A stretch of 64,000 nt of DNA from contig CAWKFG010000001.1 of assembly GCA_963848965.1 (NCBI GenBank), positions 224,001 through 288,000 on the forward strand, read 5' to 3'. This DNA comes from an uncultured bacterium. GTDB taxonomy: Bacteria; Babelota; Babeliae; Babelales; Babelaceae. Below the pieces are notes generated by a model. The model was given only the letters and a program-made list of their open reading frames with translations. It was not told the DNA's origin and searched no databases. The position numbers and the translations under genes are program-made. Shown one piece after another: positions 18,483 to 31,061 of this stretch (the first letter of the stretch is position 1; the number at the start of each line of letters is the position of its first letter).

Positions 18483-19433
18483 TTGAAATAAACTGCTTGT
18501 CTTTGACAAGTGACCATGTAGGATGCATACGATGTGAGCCTGGACCGGGCCTATGCAAAAAACGAATTATTTCGTTAAAGAAGGGGTTAGTGGGAGTGAA
18601 GGGGACATTGGCTCTGCAGAGCCAGAGCACAAGAATGCGAGGGTACAAAAATGGATCAAAGGAAAAAAACTTTTCCTTATCAAGCCATAGCCGTCCCTCG
18701 CGCATGTGCGCCATAGTATCAAATGCTTTTTGAGCACAGTTCTCTAAAAAATCATCTGTTTCTTGAATATTCTTAAGTGTACTTAAAAAAGTTGTATCAA
18801 ATCTTTTATCACACTGCCTCAATGCTGGCAATAAAATATGGCGTATTCTATTGCGTAAATAGCTTTCAAGCATATTAGTGTAATCTTCTTTGTAGGCAAG
18901 GTTATGCTCTTTAAGATATTCTAGAATCTGTGCTTTTGTAACAGACAAAAGAGGGCGGATATACATACCTGCTTTAGGTCTCATACTTGCAAGGCCTGCA
19001 ATACTTGCTCCTCGAATAAAGCGTATAAAAAACGTTTCTTGTTGATCATCATAATGATGGCCCAGTGCTATAGCTTGAGCTCCATACTCTTGAGCTACAG
19101 ATTCTAAAAAGCAGCGCCGTAACATGCGGCCCAGCTCTTCTTGAGAGCCCTGTGGTACTTTTTCAAGCGTAATACTTGAAGCTTTTGTACTTACAAAAGG
19201 GATGCCAAGCTGCTCTGCAAAGTCAGCACAAAAGAGTGCATCTTCATGAGATTCTTTGCGCCATTCATGATCTAAGTGAGCCGCAATGAGCTTGAGGTGA
19301 TACTGATCCTTGAGAGTAAAAAGTATATGCAAAAGGCATACAGAGTCAGGACCACCAGAAAGCCCCACAACTACAGTAGTGTGGGGCTTTAAAAGATTAT
19401 GTTTATCTATATGAGCAGTGATTGAAGAAAGCA

Positions 19434-19434
<1 letters not shown>
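18469..19434 (-). CDS. tilS: tRNA(Ile)-lysidine synthetase
   Basis: SGGPDS PP-loop, HLDH, GHHYDDQQET, IRPLL and RNRIR motifs. Confidence 0.97.
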
Positions 19435-21887
<2,453 letters not shown>

Positions 21888-22078
21888 TTAGCCATTTTTT
21901 ACGATCCTATTTATTGTATAATTGTACACCAAAATCGTTTTTTTTTCAAGCTCGATCGTATAAAGCACACTATGCTTTCTTGAGGACTCTTTTAAGCACA
22001 GTTTTTGATCAAAAAAATTTACATTTTGAATTAAATAGTGTATGCTTAGGAGTAGGAACTAACAAAAGGAGATACCCA

Positions 22079-22504
22079 ATGGTAACTATTCCTGAGGTAA
22101 CGGCACAAGCTATTATCAATTATTGTGGTAAAAAGATGTATTATTCAGGTAAACAGTTTTTAGGCTCTAAAACTTTCTATCTTTTCTATAGGGAGTGGAT
22201 GGTGCTTAAAGGTGTATGTGAAGGAACATCTAATCCAAGTTATTTTGTAAAAATAGTGTTTGATGAAAGAGGGATTATTCAAGCATCATGCACCTGCTAT
22301 TATAATAAATTTTACCCATGCAAGCATATAGCAGCTTTGCTTATGCTGTGGCACCAAAATCCAGCTACATTTCCTGAAAGGACCCAATGGATGCGCTTGC
22401 TTAAAAAGGCTCCTAAAAAGGATCTTGTAGCACTTATTGAGAAGATGATTGACCTCTATCCTGATACCAGTGATACGTATAGCTCTCTGATAGGACAATC
22501 ATAA
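22079..22504 (+). CDS. SWIM zinc-finger protein
   Basis: SCTC...PCKHIAALL SWIM motif; start set at ATG 22079 behind an AGGAG RBS. Confidence 0.8.
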   Translation: MVTIPEVTAQAIINYCGKKMYYSGKQFLGSKTFYLFYREWMVLKGVCEGTSNPSYFVKIVFDERGIIQASCTCYYNKFYPCKHIAALLMLWHQNPATFPERTQWMRLLKKAPKKDLVALIEKMIDLYPDTSDTYSSLIGQS

Positions 22505-22517
22505 ACGTTTGTGCCAT

Positions 22518-22979
22518 ATGAAGCATGATGAGCATTATATGCGTTATGCGCTTGCTTTAGCGCAGAAAGCATACGAAAAAAATGAGATTCCCATTGGGGC
22601 ACTTGTAGTAGCAAGTGATGGTACTATCATAGGCCGTGGCTATAATACAACAGAGCATGATTATACACAAAGAAGTCATGCTGAAATAAAGGCTCTGGCA
22701 CAAGCTGGTAAAAAGTTGAAAGATTGGCGTCTTGATGGCTGTACGCTCTATGTAACTGTACAACCGTGCTTTATGTGTATAGGGCTTATATATCTGAGTC
22801 GTATAGAGCGGTTAGTATATGGAGCAGAATCTCCTCTTTTTGGCTATCCTCTTGACAATCAAAGTGCGCCTGATTTATACAAGAAACATATTAAAGGAAT
22901 AACGAGTGGGGTACTCGCTTATGAGGCGCAAACAATTTTAAAAGATTTTTTTAAAAAAAAGAGGAAGTCCGGTGAGTAA
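22518..22979 (+). CDS. tadA: tRNA adenosine(34) deaminase
   Basis: NEIPIGA, HAE, PCFMC and RLVYGA motifs. Confidence 0.88.
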   Translation: MKHDEHYMRYALALAQKAYEKNEIPIGALVVASDGTIIGRGYNTTEHDYTQRSHAEIKALAQAGKKLKDWRLDGCTLYVTVQPCFMCIGLIYLSRIERLVYGAESPLFGYPLDNQSAPDLYKKHIKGITSGVLAYEAQTILKDFFKKKRKSGE

Positions 22980-23310
22980 CATACAAGCAATTAAAGAGCG
23001 TCTTTTAACTCGTAAAGCAGAGTTAGAGGAACAGCTCGCCCAACTATATAGAGAGCAAGTAACCGACACTGCGGTTCCAGATACTGGTGATCAGGCGCTA
23101 TCTTCTACAATAGAAGATATCCGTATTTCTCTTCATGATAATGAGCTAAATGAATACAACATGATCGTAAAAGCTCTTGAGCGAATTGAAAACGGAACAT
23201 ATGGAGTCTGTATTGAGTGTGGTAATCCTATTTCTGAAAAACGGTTAGCGCTTTTTCCTAATGCAACGCGGTGTCTTGCTTGTCAAGAAGCTCTTGAAGA
23301 GGGTAAGTAG
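22972..23310 (+). CDS. dksA: DksA/TraR C4-type zinc-finger protein
   Basis: Coiled coil with DTGDQA (DxxDxA) tip; YGVCIECG..RL..P.ATRCLAC. Confidence 0.8.
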   Translation: MSNIQAIKERLLTRKAELEEQLAQLYREQVTDTAVPDTGDQALSSTIEDIRISLHDNELNEYNMIVKALERIENGTYGVCIECGNPISEKRLALFPNATRCLACQEALEEGK

Positions 23311-23364
23311 TAAAAGCAAAGTTGTATATTTTGCGCTCTATGCTATACTAAATGCATGAGGAGC

Positions 23365-23439
23365 GCCGATGTAGCTCAGTGGTAGAGCAACTGATTCGTA
23401 ATCAGTAGGCCGTCGGTTCAAATCCGATCATCGGCTCCA
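23365..23439 (+). tRNA. tRNA-Thr (anticodon CGT)
   Basis: Cloverleaf GCCGATG/CATCGGC, anticodon arm ACTGA-TTCGTAA-TCAGT, GGTTCAAAT T-loop, encoded CCA. Confidence 0.97.
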
Positions 23440-23478
23440 GAGGTACAATGTATTTTTAAGTATAAGGTTCAATATTCT

Positions 23479-23910
23479 ATGAAAAAAGAAGCTAAAAAGA
23501 CAGAGAAGGCTCCAGTAGCAGCTTCTCTTGCACATGGTGTAGGGCGCCGTAAATCTGCTGTTGCTCGCGTATGGCTTAAGCGTGGTAAAGGTGCAGTAAC
23601 CATAAACGATAAAGATTACGCAAATTACTTTGATACTGATATTACGCGTACTGCAGCGGTTCTTCCTCTAAAGGTATATCCGCAAGCAGCAACGTTGTAT
23701 GATATACAAGCAAATGTTTCTGGTGGCGGTCTTTCTGCTCAAGCAGATGCAGTTAAGCTTGGTATTGCGCGTGCACTTTTAGAAATTAATGAAGATATTC
23801 GTTCTCTTCTTCGTCAACATGATCTTTTGACGGTAGATTCACGTATTAAAGAACGTAAAAAATATGGTCAAAAGGCAGCTCGTCGTAAATTCCAATTCGT
23901 AAAACGTTAA
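23479..23910 (+). CDS. rpsI: 30S ribosomal protein S9
   Basis: GRRKSAVARV, GGGLSAQADA, ERKKYG..ARRKFQFVKR. Confidence 0.98.
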   Translation: MKKEAKKTEKAPVAASLAHGVGRRKSAVARVWLKRGKGAVTINDKDYANYFDTDITRTAAVLPLKVYPQAATLYDIQANVSGGGLSAQADAVKLGIARALLEINEDIRSLLRQHDLLTVDSRIKERKKYGQKAARRKFQFVKR

Positions 23911-23917
23911 TATATAC

Positions 23918-23945
23918 AAGCCCTTCTGGTTCGCTGGAAGGGCTT
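23918..23945 (+). terminator. Terminator-like hairpin after rpsI
   Basis: AAGCCCTTC/GAAGGGCTT stem. Confidence 0.6.
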
Positions 23946-24024
23946 ATGTCTTGCTTTGCGCAGGAGTATACGGTATACTTCTGGAAAAATGCTTAACCCA
24001 TAACGTGAGCTTAAGGGGACTACT

Positions 24025-25869
24025 ATGTGTAGCGTTGTTGGATATGTAGGAAAAAGTTTAAGTAGAGCCTATGTTATGGAAGGTCTTACCCGCCTTGAAT
24101 ACCGAGGGTATGATTCTGCAGGATTTGCCTGCTTACATCCACAAGATAACAAAGTTATCTACACAAAATCTCAAGGGGGCGTATCTAATCTTCTTAAAAA
24201 TTTTGAAAAAGCGCCGATTGATGGCCATTTAGGTGTAGGACATACACGATGGTCAACACACGGTATTATCTCTACAGAGAACGCTCATCCTCATTTTGAT
24301 TGCCATAAGACAATCTCAGTAGTACATAATGGTATCATTGAAAATTATCATGAGCTCAAGAAAAAGTTACAAGCAGAAGGGCATATATTTCATTCTCAAA
24401 CAGATACAGAGACAGTTGCTCATCTGTTTGAATCTATTCTTTCTACCGTAAAAGATCTAAAAAGCGCTGTGGTAAAACTGGCAAGTAAACTTGAAGGAGC
24501 CTATGCCTTTGCCTTTTTAATGCAAAAGTATCCTGATACTATGCTTTTAGTGCGTAAACGGTCACCGTTATGTATAGGACAGGGTGACGAAGAGATGTTT
24601 GTCTCTTCAGACATTCTTGCTTTTGCAGGAAAAACAAATAAATTACTTTTTATGCCAGAAGAAAGCTTTGCTTTGGTAAAAAAAGACAAAGTTGAACTCT
24701 ATGACTTTAAAGGCAATCCATTACCGCTCAACTTTCAAATTGTTGATATTCCGTGGACAGGAGATCTTAAGCAGGGGTATGAACACTTTATGCTCAAAGA
24801 AATTCATGAGCAAAAGAGAGTTATTCAAGATACTGTGTACAAGCTCCGTGGATTACAGCACCACCTTTGGAACCAAATGGGCTTATCAGTGCAAGAAGTA
24901 CGTGATTTAAGCTCTTTAACGCTTATTGGGTGCGGTACTTCCTATCATGCAGCTCGGGTTGCACAGTTCTTTTTTGAAACGATTGCTCGTATTCCAACAC
25001 AAGTGCATTTAGCATCTGAGTTTCGTCATATGCCATTTTTTGCACAACGAAATACCTTGAGCATTGCTATATCTCAATCAGGAGAAACTGCAGATACGCT
25101 CGAGGGAATTCGCTTTTTAAATGCTCATGATGTGCCAACAGTAGCGCTTATTAACGTAGCTTCAAGTACTATGGCTCGTGAAGCACAGGGCTATGTGCTT
25201 ACGCATGCAGGTCCTGAAGTTGCTGTTGCATCAACCAAGGCCTTCTCTGCTCAAATTGCTGCGCTCTATTGGCTTGCTCATCGTATTGCTTTAGAAAAGG
25301 GTCTTATTACAACTAAAAAGCTTGAACTAGCAGAAGAAGAGCTGTTTGTAGCAGCTGAGGTATTAAATACCTGTATTGAGCAATATAAGCGCGATATTAT
25401 GCAAACGGTAGCTCCTCGCTATGCAACCTACAAGCAAACGATTTTCTTAGGAAGACATTTGAGTTATCCCTTTGCTTTAGAAGCTGCTTTAAAGCTCAAG
25501 GAAATTGCCTATATTTTTGCAGAATCATATCCTTCAGCTGAATTAAAGCATGGCCCTCTTGCTTTGGTAGATGCTCAAACGCCAGTATTTCTTTTCTCAT
25601 TGCTTGATCCTGCAGTATATCCAAAGCTTGTTTCTAATGCTCAAGAGGTAAAAGCGCGCTTAGGACACCTTGTAGTATTTGCTTTTGAAGGACAAACAGA
25701 GCTCATAGAGCTTGCAGATTATGCATTTATTATTCCTCGAGTACAGCCACTGCTTGCTCCTTTGGCTATGACTGGAATTACACAATTTTTAACTTACCAA
25801 ATAGCGAAGGTGCTTGAAAGACCAATTGATAAGCCGCGTAATTTGGCTAAGTCTCTGACGGTTGAATAA
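24025..25869 (+). CDS. glmS: Glutamine--fructose-6-phosphate aminotransferase
   Basis: N-terminal Cys, LEYRGYDSAG, GHTRWSTHG, SQSGET, ELKHGP, PRNLAKSLTVE. Confidence 0.98.
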   Translation: MCSVVGYVGKSLSRAYVMEGLTRLEYRGYDSAGFACLHPQDNKVIYTKSQGGVSNLLKNFEKAPIDGHLGVGHTRWSTHGIISTENAHPHFDCHKTISVVHNGIIENYHELKKKLQAEGHIFHSQTDTETVAHLFESILSTVKDLKSAVVKLASKLEGAYAFAFLMQKYPDTMLLVRKRSPLCIGQGDEEMFVSSDILAFAGKTNKLLFMPEESFALVKKDKVELYDFKGNPLPLNFQIVDIPWTGDLKQGYEHFMLKEIHEQKRVIQDTVYKLRGLQHHLWNQMGLSVQEVRDLSSLTLIGCGTSYHAARVAQFFFETIARIPTQVHLASEFRHMPFFAQRNTLSIAISQSGETADTLEGIRFLNAHDVPTVALINVASSTMAREAQGYVLTHAGPEVAVASTKAFSAQIAALYWLAHRIALEKGLITTKKLELAEEELFVAAEVLNTCIEQYKRDIMQTVAPRYATYKQTIFLGRHLSYPFALEAALKLKEIAYIFAESYPSAELKHGPLALVDAQTPVFLFSLLDPAVYPKLVSNAQEVKARLGHLVVFAFEGQTELIELADYAFIIPRVQPLLAPLAMTGITQFLTYQIAKVLERPIDKPRNLAKSLTVE

Positions 25870-25950
25870 AGACTTTTTATAGCTTAACTGAGAAAATTAA
25901 GTACGTGTAGATAGAAAGGCATAAGCAATGTGCTATCTTGTACTTCTCTG

Positions 25951-27612
25951 CTAATAAGCACGTTCTGTATAGTATTTATAAAATTCTCGCAAAAGTTCTT
26001 GAGGAAGCAGAATAAGAAGGCCAACAAAATCTCTATACTGAAAAATCTCTTTTTCTTCTAAATTGGGTAACGTAGTATTTCCCTCTTCTACTGGCTCTGT
26101 CTGTATATCTTTAATAGTCTCTACTGCTTTGTGGGTTCCATTTTTAAGCAGAGGGCCTAATTTATTATTTCTTATATCTAAGTTCTTTAAATTGGCTAAT
26201 GTGGCCATTACTAGCAATGGAAGAACTGTTATCTGGTTATTGCTTAGTTTAAGATCTTTTAAATTTTTAAGGGCAGTTATAGTATGCGGTATCTGTGTTA
26301 TGTTATTGCTTGAAAGATTGAGTTCTTTAAGCTTTGTAAGAATAGTTAGATATGAAGGTATTTCTTTTAGCATATTACCTTCAAGATTAAGCTCTTCTAA
26401 ATTACTAAGGACAGTGAGGGCCTCTGGTACTTTTGTTATTTTGTTATGCGCAAGATCAACTTTTGCCACATAAATAGGCAGTAGAGTTTCAAGAGAATTA
26501 GTAAGCGAATTATGTCTTAGTATAAGGCCGTGTAATTTTATAGTAAGCGGTAGATACTTTATCGGGTTTCCAGAAAGATCAAGTCGAGGGTAATTAACTG
26601 CACCTGTAGCTAATTGAAAGTTCTGAGGAACTGTTTGAATGTTGTTATCAGAAAGGTTGAGCCACTCAAGCTTAGGATATGAACTTTGAGGAATTTCTGT
26701 TATCTGATTATGAGAAAGGTTCAGATCAAAAAGATTAGTTAAGAGGGTTAGGTAATGCGGTATATGCGTAATTTTATTCTGTGCCAATTCTAGTGTTCTT
26801 AATTGAGCTAGGGCTGTTATATCTTCTGGTATCTGAGCTATGTGATGGTTACTAAGACGAAGAAACCATAAATTAGTAAGAGCTGTAATGATATGGTGAG
26901 GGATCTCTGTTATTTTAATACCTATGTTGGACAAAGAGAGAGCTTTAAGGTGAGTGAGTATACGTATATATTGAGGAATCTCAGTTATAGGATTATGTGC
27001 AAGATCGAGCGCTCCTAGATTAGTAAAAAGAGTTAGATGTTCAGGGATTTCTGTTAGCTTATTACTTTTAACCTGAAGCTGTTTTAAGCAAAGAGGTAAA
27101 TTATGAGATATCTTTGATAAGTGATTATATGAAAGACAAAGTTGTACAAGGTGAGTGAACGCGGTTAAGTGTGCAGGTAATTCTGTTATATTATTTTTTG
27201 CTAGATCAAGTATTTTAAGGGTAGGATGAGTAGATAAAGCTTCCGGTATACTGTTTATGTTATTGTTTACAAGAGCAAGCATTTTAAGACTGGATGGCAA
27301 TTTGTGCTCTACTGTTGTTATGCTATTGTTTGAAAGCTCTAGGTTTTCGAGCTTACTAAGCTTTGTTAAAAACAATGGTAGTTGGGTTATTTTATTTTTA
27401 CTACAATCAAGCAACTTAAGATTTGTAAGAGTAGTTATTTGATCGGGTATTTCTGTTAACTGCAAATCTACTAGGTAAAGTATGCTATCTACTTGCTGTA
27501 TTTTGTTCATAACAGCGTGTGGTTTTGAGGAAGAATCCTTCTCCATAGCTGAAAGGTGAAAACCAAAAATTGTAGATAAGCTGAATGTTAAACATAATAA
27601 TGAACGTATCAT
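25951..27612 (-). CDS. Secreted leucine-rich-repeat protein with F-box-like C-terminus
   Basis: Signal peptide ending LSA-ME; many LxxLxLxxNxIxxIP repeats; C-terminal LLPQELLREFYKY. Confidence 0.9.
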   Translation of the reverse strand: MIRSLLCLTFSLSTIFGFHLSAMEKDSSSKPHAVMNKIQQVDSILYLVDLQLTEIPDQITTLTNLKLLDCSKNKITQLPLFLTKLSKLENLELSNNSITTVEHKLPSSLKMLALVNNNINSIPEALSTHPTLKILDLAKNNITELPAHLTAFTHLVQLCLSYNHLSKISHNLPLCLKQLQVKSNKLTEIPEHLTLFTNLGALDLAHNPITEIPQYIRILTHLKALSLSNIGIKITEIPHHIITALTNLWFLRLSNHHIAQIPEDITALAQLRTLELAQNKITHIPHYLTLLTNLFDLNLSHNQITEIPQSSYPKLEWLNLSDNNIQTVPQNFQLATGAVNYPRLDLSGNPIKYLPLTIKLHGLILRHNSLTNSLETLLPIYVAKVDLAHNKITKVPEALTVLSNLEELNLEGNMLKEIPSYLTILTKLKELNLSSNNITQIPHTITALKNLKDLKLSNNQITVLPLLVMATLANLKNLDIRNNKLGPLLKNGTHKAVETIKDIQTEPVEEGNTTLPNLEEKEIFQYRDFVGLLILLPQELLREFYKYYTERAY

Positions 27613-27742
27613 AATACCTCTCTATAAAATAAATTTTTTATTTTTATAATTATATCATTTAAATTATACAAATCAAAATTACTATTAAAATATAAACTTA
27701 TAAATTGTTTTTTACAGCACAGTTATCTGATTTTTAAAAAGG

Positions 27743-29296
27743 TTAATTAAGAGGCTCTATATGCCAATTTAGTGCAAGCTTTTTCTGTTTCTTTTTAAAT
27801 GAAAGACCAACAAGAACGATGTGCTTGTTGGTAAGCATATATCGTTCATAGTATTTTTGTTCTTTGATTTGTTTTAGCGCATTTCCTGCATCTGTGTTGA
27901 ACTTTAGTTCAAAAATATATACATGTGTTTTGGTTATGGCGACTGAATCAATTCTTCCTTTATCGGTAAGCACTTCGGAGTATGATTCAAGTGGCAGAAG
28001 GCTAAATATGAGTTGCAAGAGAGAATGATAATAGCTTTCTTTATCAATATGCAGCGTATAAGGTATATGAGCAAAAAGTGCTTGAAGATGAGAACAAAAA
28101 GCATCGATATTATTTTCATAGAGCACTGTAGAAAGCTTAAAAAGAGTAGTATCAACGGTAACTGGGTTAGTTTCAGAAAGCGCTGCTACAATATGTTTTT
28201 TCAAGGATTCTTCAACTTCAAGGTTAGGGTATCCAAGCTTATAGTTTCTTGATACTGGATTGTAATCGGTAATGGTAAGATAACCAGCTTGAAAAAGAAG
28301 AGGTACGAGCGGGATATTTGAAAGATTAAAAGTGCCTAAGCTATCTGCACTGATTTCTGCTTCTTGAAGATCGGGTAAGGCCTGATATTGGTTTTTAAAA
28401 AGGTTAATAAGAAAAGAAGGAGTACCAGATGCAAACCAGTAGTTTGCTAATTTCTTTTTATACAAGTAGTAAAGAATAGAAAATGGATTATATACTTTGG
28501 TTTCTTCTTCTGAGAATCGATAACCATTATACCACTGTTTCATTATATGAAGAACTTCTTGTGCTTGTATATTTTGTTCTTGGGCTACTTCATTAATATA
28601 GTCAGGAAAATAGCTATCTATCTCTTCTTGAGTATACCCTAATAATTGAGCGGCTTCTTTATCTAAAGAAATATCATTAAGATTATTGATACCAGAAAAG
28701 ATAGAAGTTTTTGAAAATTTGCTTACTCCGGTAACAAAAATTGCATGCAAATGATCATCCATACCCTTTAAAACGTCATAAAAAGTTTTGAGAAATTCTC
28801 GTTGAACTTCAGCTCTTTTTACATCCTTGATATGATCTAGGAGAGGTTTATCATATTCGTCAACAAGAATAACAACTCTATTTTTTTCGGCGAGCTTTTC
28901 AATAAGTGTTGAAAATTTGTCTTGAGGGGTAGGAGCTTTTGAAATACTAATCTCATATTTTTCAGCAATTTTTTTAAGATTCCATGAAAGGCTCAGCTTT
29001 AGTTCCGGTACTGTTTCATGGGCTATAACAGAAAAATCAAGGTGAATAACAGGATGGGTATCCCATGTATAATTGCTTTTATAAATCCAAAGATCTTTGA
29101 ATAACTCTTTATTGCCTAAAAATAGCTCCTTAAGTGTTGAAATAAGAAGCGATTTACCAAATCTTCGTGGCCGTGATAAAAAATAATAGCGCCCTTGAGT
29201 AACTATATTATAGATGTATTTGGTTTTATCTACATAGAGGTAATTGTAGTCAACCATGGTTTTAAAAGTACTAACATCTATAGGTAACTTTTTCAT
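27743..29296 (-). CDS. AAA-ATPase-like protein with PD-(D/E)XK nuclease domain
   Basis: YVDKT, SRPRRFGKS, ILVDEYDKP, WYNGY, YNPFS, ESYYHS, GRID..IFELK..ALKQI. Confidence 0.92.
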   Translation of the reverse strand: MKKLPIDVSTFKTMVDYNYLYVDKTKYIYNIVTQGRYYFLSRPRRFGKSLLISTLKELFLGNKELFKDLWIYKSNYTWDTHPVIHLDFSVIAHETVPELKLSLSWNLKKIAEKYEISISKAPTPQDKFSTLIEKLAEKNRVVILVDEYDKPLLDHIKDVKRAEVQREFLKTFYDVLKGMDDHLHAIFVTGVSKFSKTSIFSGINNLNDISLDKEAAQLLGYTQEEIDSYFPDYINEVAQEQNIQAQEVLHIMKQWYNGYRFSEEETKVYNPFSILYYLYKKKLANYWFASGTPSFLINLFKNQYQALPDLQEAEISADSLGTFNLSNIPLVPLLFQAGYLTITDYNPVSRNYKLGYPNLEVEESLKKHIVAALSETNPVTVDTTLFKLSTVLYENNIDAFCSHLQALFAHIPYTLHIDKESYYHSLLQLIFSLLPLESYSEVLTDKGRIDSVAITKTHVYIFELKFNTDAGNALKQIKEQKYYERYMLTNKHIVLVGLSFKKKQKKLALNWHIEPLN

Positions 29297-29412
29297 TGAT
29301 AACTCCGCTAGGGCGACTATTGAGTACTTAATGCTACAATTTAAAAAATAAGTACATTTTCAGTATATCAAAAGCTGAAAGAAAGTCCCAAAATAGGTAA
29401 ATCTTTATGGTA

Positions 29413-30852
29413 TTACTTTATTTCTTCTAATTCCATAGTATGTGGAATACTATAGTTCTTTTCTAGCCATTTACGTGCTTTTTCATGAGTGCTTACATTT
29501 TGAGGAAAGCGGCGAAGAGCTATATCAAGAATCGAGATCATATTTAAGGCTGTTTGTACTTGATAGTCATTTTTAAATGCTTCTAATCGCTGTTTTTTCC
29601 AATCTTTTTGATCTTCCTGTGGTACTGTTGCTTCAGTATCCTCTTCATCTTTTGCTTTTTGTTGTCCTCGTTCTTTGCCATAAAGCTTGGTAAGAAGTTT
29701 CATTTCGGGAGTAGGGGGGTATTTTTGTTCAACAAGAAAGTCTGGAGTAATACCTGTTGAATGCACGCAGCTATCATCGGGCAGATAATACAGACAGGTA
29801 GTGATTTTAAGTGCGCAGTTGTTGCTCATAGGAATAACTTCTTGCACTGAGCCTTTGCCGTAGGTGGTAGTACCTACTAAAAATACATAAGGCGTAATAG
29901 CTCTCTGTTTACCGCTACTTTTTTGAGCATGAACATGGAGTGCTTTTGCAAGAATTTCTGCAGCTGATGCTGTATAGTCATTAACAAGTATAATAAGGAT
30001 AGTATCTTGTGGTAACAATGGTTGTCGTGTTGTATAAAATTGTTCAAGTACCATACGATTGCGATCTTTAGTAGAAGAAACGAGACTGCCTTTTTTAAGA
30101 AAGAGTCCTGCGCATTCAACTGCTGCATGCAGGATGCCGCCTGAGTTATCGCGTAGATCAAGGATAATACCTTTAGGATTTCTTGGCAGGGCTTTTTTAA
30201 GTGCGTTTTCAAGCTGTTGTGCTACTTGTTGACTAAATACAGTAAGAGAGCAGTAAAGTACATTCTGCTTTGGTAAATAGTAAGAGGTAATATGCTCTTC
30301 TTCAATAAGGTCACGCTCTACGGTAATGGTAAGAGCTCCTTTTTTATCACGTAAGATATCAAGCGTTACCGGAGAATACCGTTTATCGCTTTTTAATTTG
30401 TTTATTGCTTCTTCAACAGGCATAGAGCTTACTGGTTTGCCATCAATTGCTATGATTTTGTCGTATTTTTGTAATCCTTGTTTTGCAGCCGGCTTTCCTG
30501 GAATAACATCGAGAACCAGTAAGAATTCGTCTTCTGATCTCTTGGGCCCTAAAATAATACCGATACCAAAAAAGTTTCCTGTTGTTGTTTTGATAAGGCT
30601 CTTATATTCTTGCGGTCCTAGAAAATGAGAATAATCATCCTGATGATGTACAAAAGCATCAAGCAACTTGATCATTGCTTGTTCTACAGGAACAGGAAAA
30701 TAGGATTTATTGTTCACTAAATGAAATACCTCAGCCATTGAGCGAGACCAACGATAAATATCTTCATTAAATGTATTGCGCTCTAATGATTGAAAGTTTT
30801 TTGCATAAAGAGGTATTATTGCAAAAAAAAGAACAAAAATACTGTATTTCAT
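29413..30852 (-). CDS. ctpA: C-terminal processing peptidase (S41, PDZ)
   Basis: Signal peptide; GIGI PDZ; ILDLRDNSGG, TASAAEI, TYGKGSVQ and GITPD motifs. Confidence 0.92.
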   Translation of the reverse strand: MKYSIFVLFFAIIPLYAKNFQSLERNTFNEDIYRWSRSMAEVFHLVNNKSYFPVPVEQAMIKLLDAFVHHQDDYSHFLGPQEYKSLIKTTTGNFFGIGIILGPKRSEDEFLLVLDVIPGKPAAKQGLQKYDKIIAIDGKPVSSMPVEEAINKLKSDKRYSPVTLDILRDKKGALTITVERDLIEEEHITSYYLPKQNVLYCSLTVFSQQVAQQLENALKKALPRNPKGIILDLRDNSGGILHAAVECAGLFLKKGSLVSSTKDRNRMVLEQFYTTRQPLLPQDTILIILVNDYTASAAEILAKALHVHAQKSSGKQRAITPYVFLVGTTTYGKGSVQEVIPMSNNCALKITTCLYYLPDDSCVHSTGITPDFLVEQKYPPTPEMKLLTKLYGKERGQQKAKDEEDTEATVPQEDQKDWKKQRLEAFKNDYQVQTALNMISILDIALRRFPQNVSTHEKARKWLEKNYSIPHTMELEEIK

Positions 30853-31061
30853 AGCACTCTCACTCTCCCATGTTTATTTTATTGTAGAATTATTGAGAGT
30901 GCTCTGTAAAGAGTTATTCTTTTGGTTGATGCTGTGAAAACAAATTGATTAACTATTTAGGGTATGCTACTTGCGCTAATTACTTTTGAAAGTCTTTACA
31001 CCTCTTTTTCAAGGGATATACTAAACAAAAATTCTTTGTTTATAACTTTAGGAAAGCCGTC

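Noticed and set aside
21914..22078. Long N-terminal extension of the SWIM protein (likewise the track starts of cmk, the 2H protein and the 16895 ZF gene)
   Set aside because: Downstream ATGs have better RBS, overlap or paralogue support.
23365..23439. tRNA genes as prophage or island integration sites
   Set aside because: No integrase and no duplicated tRNA 3' end seen for either tRNA.
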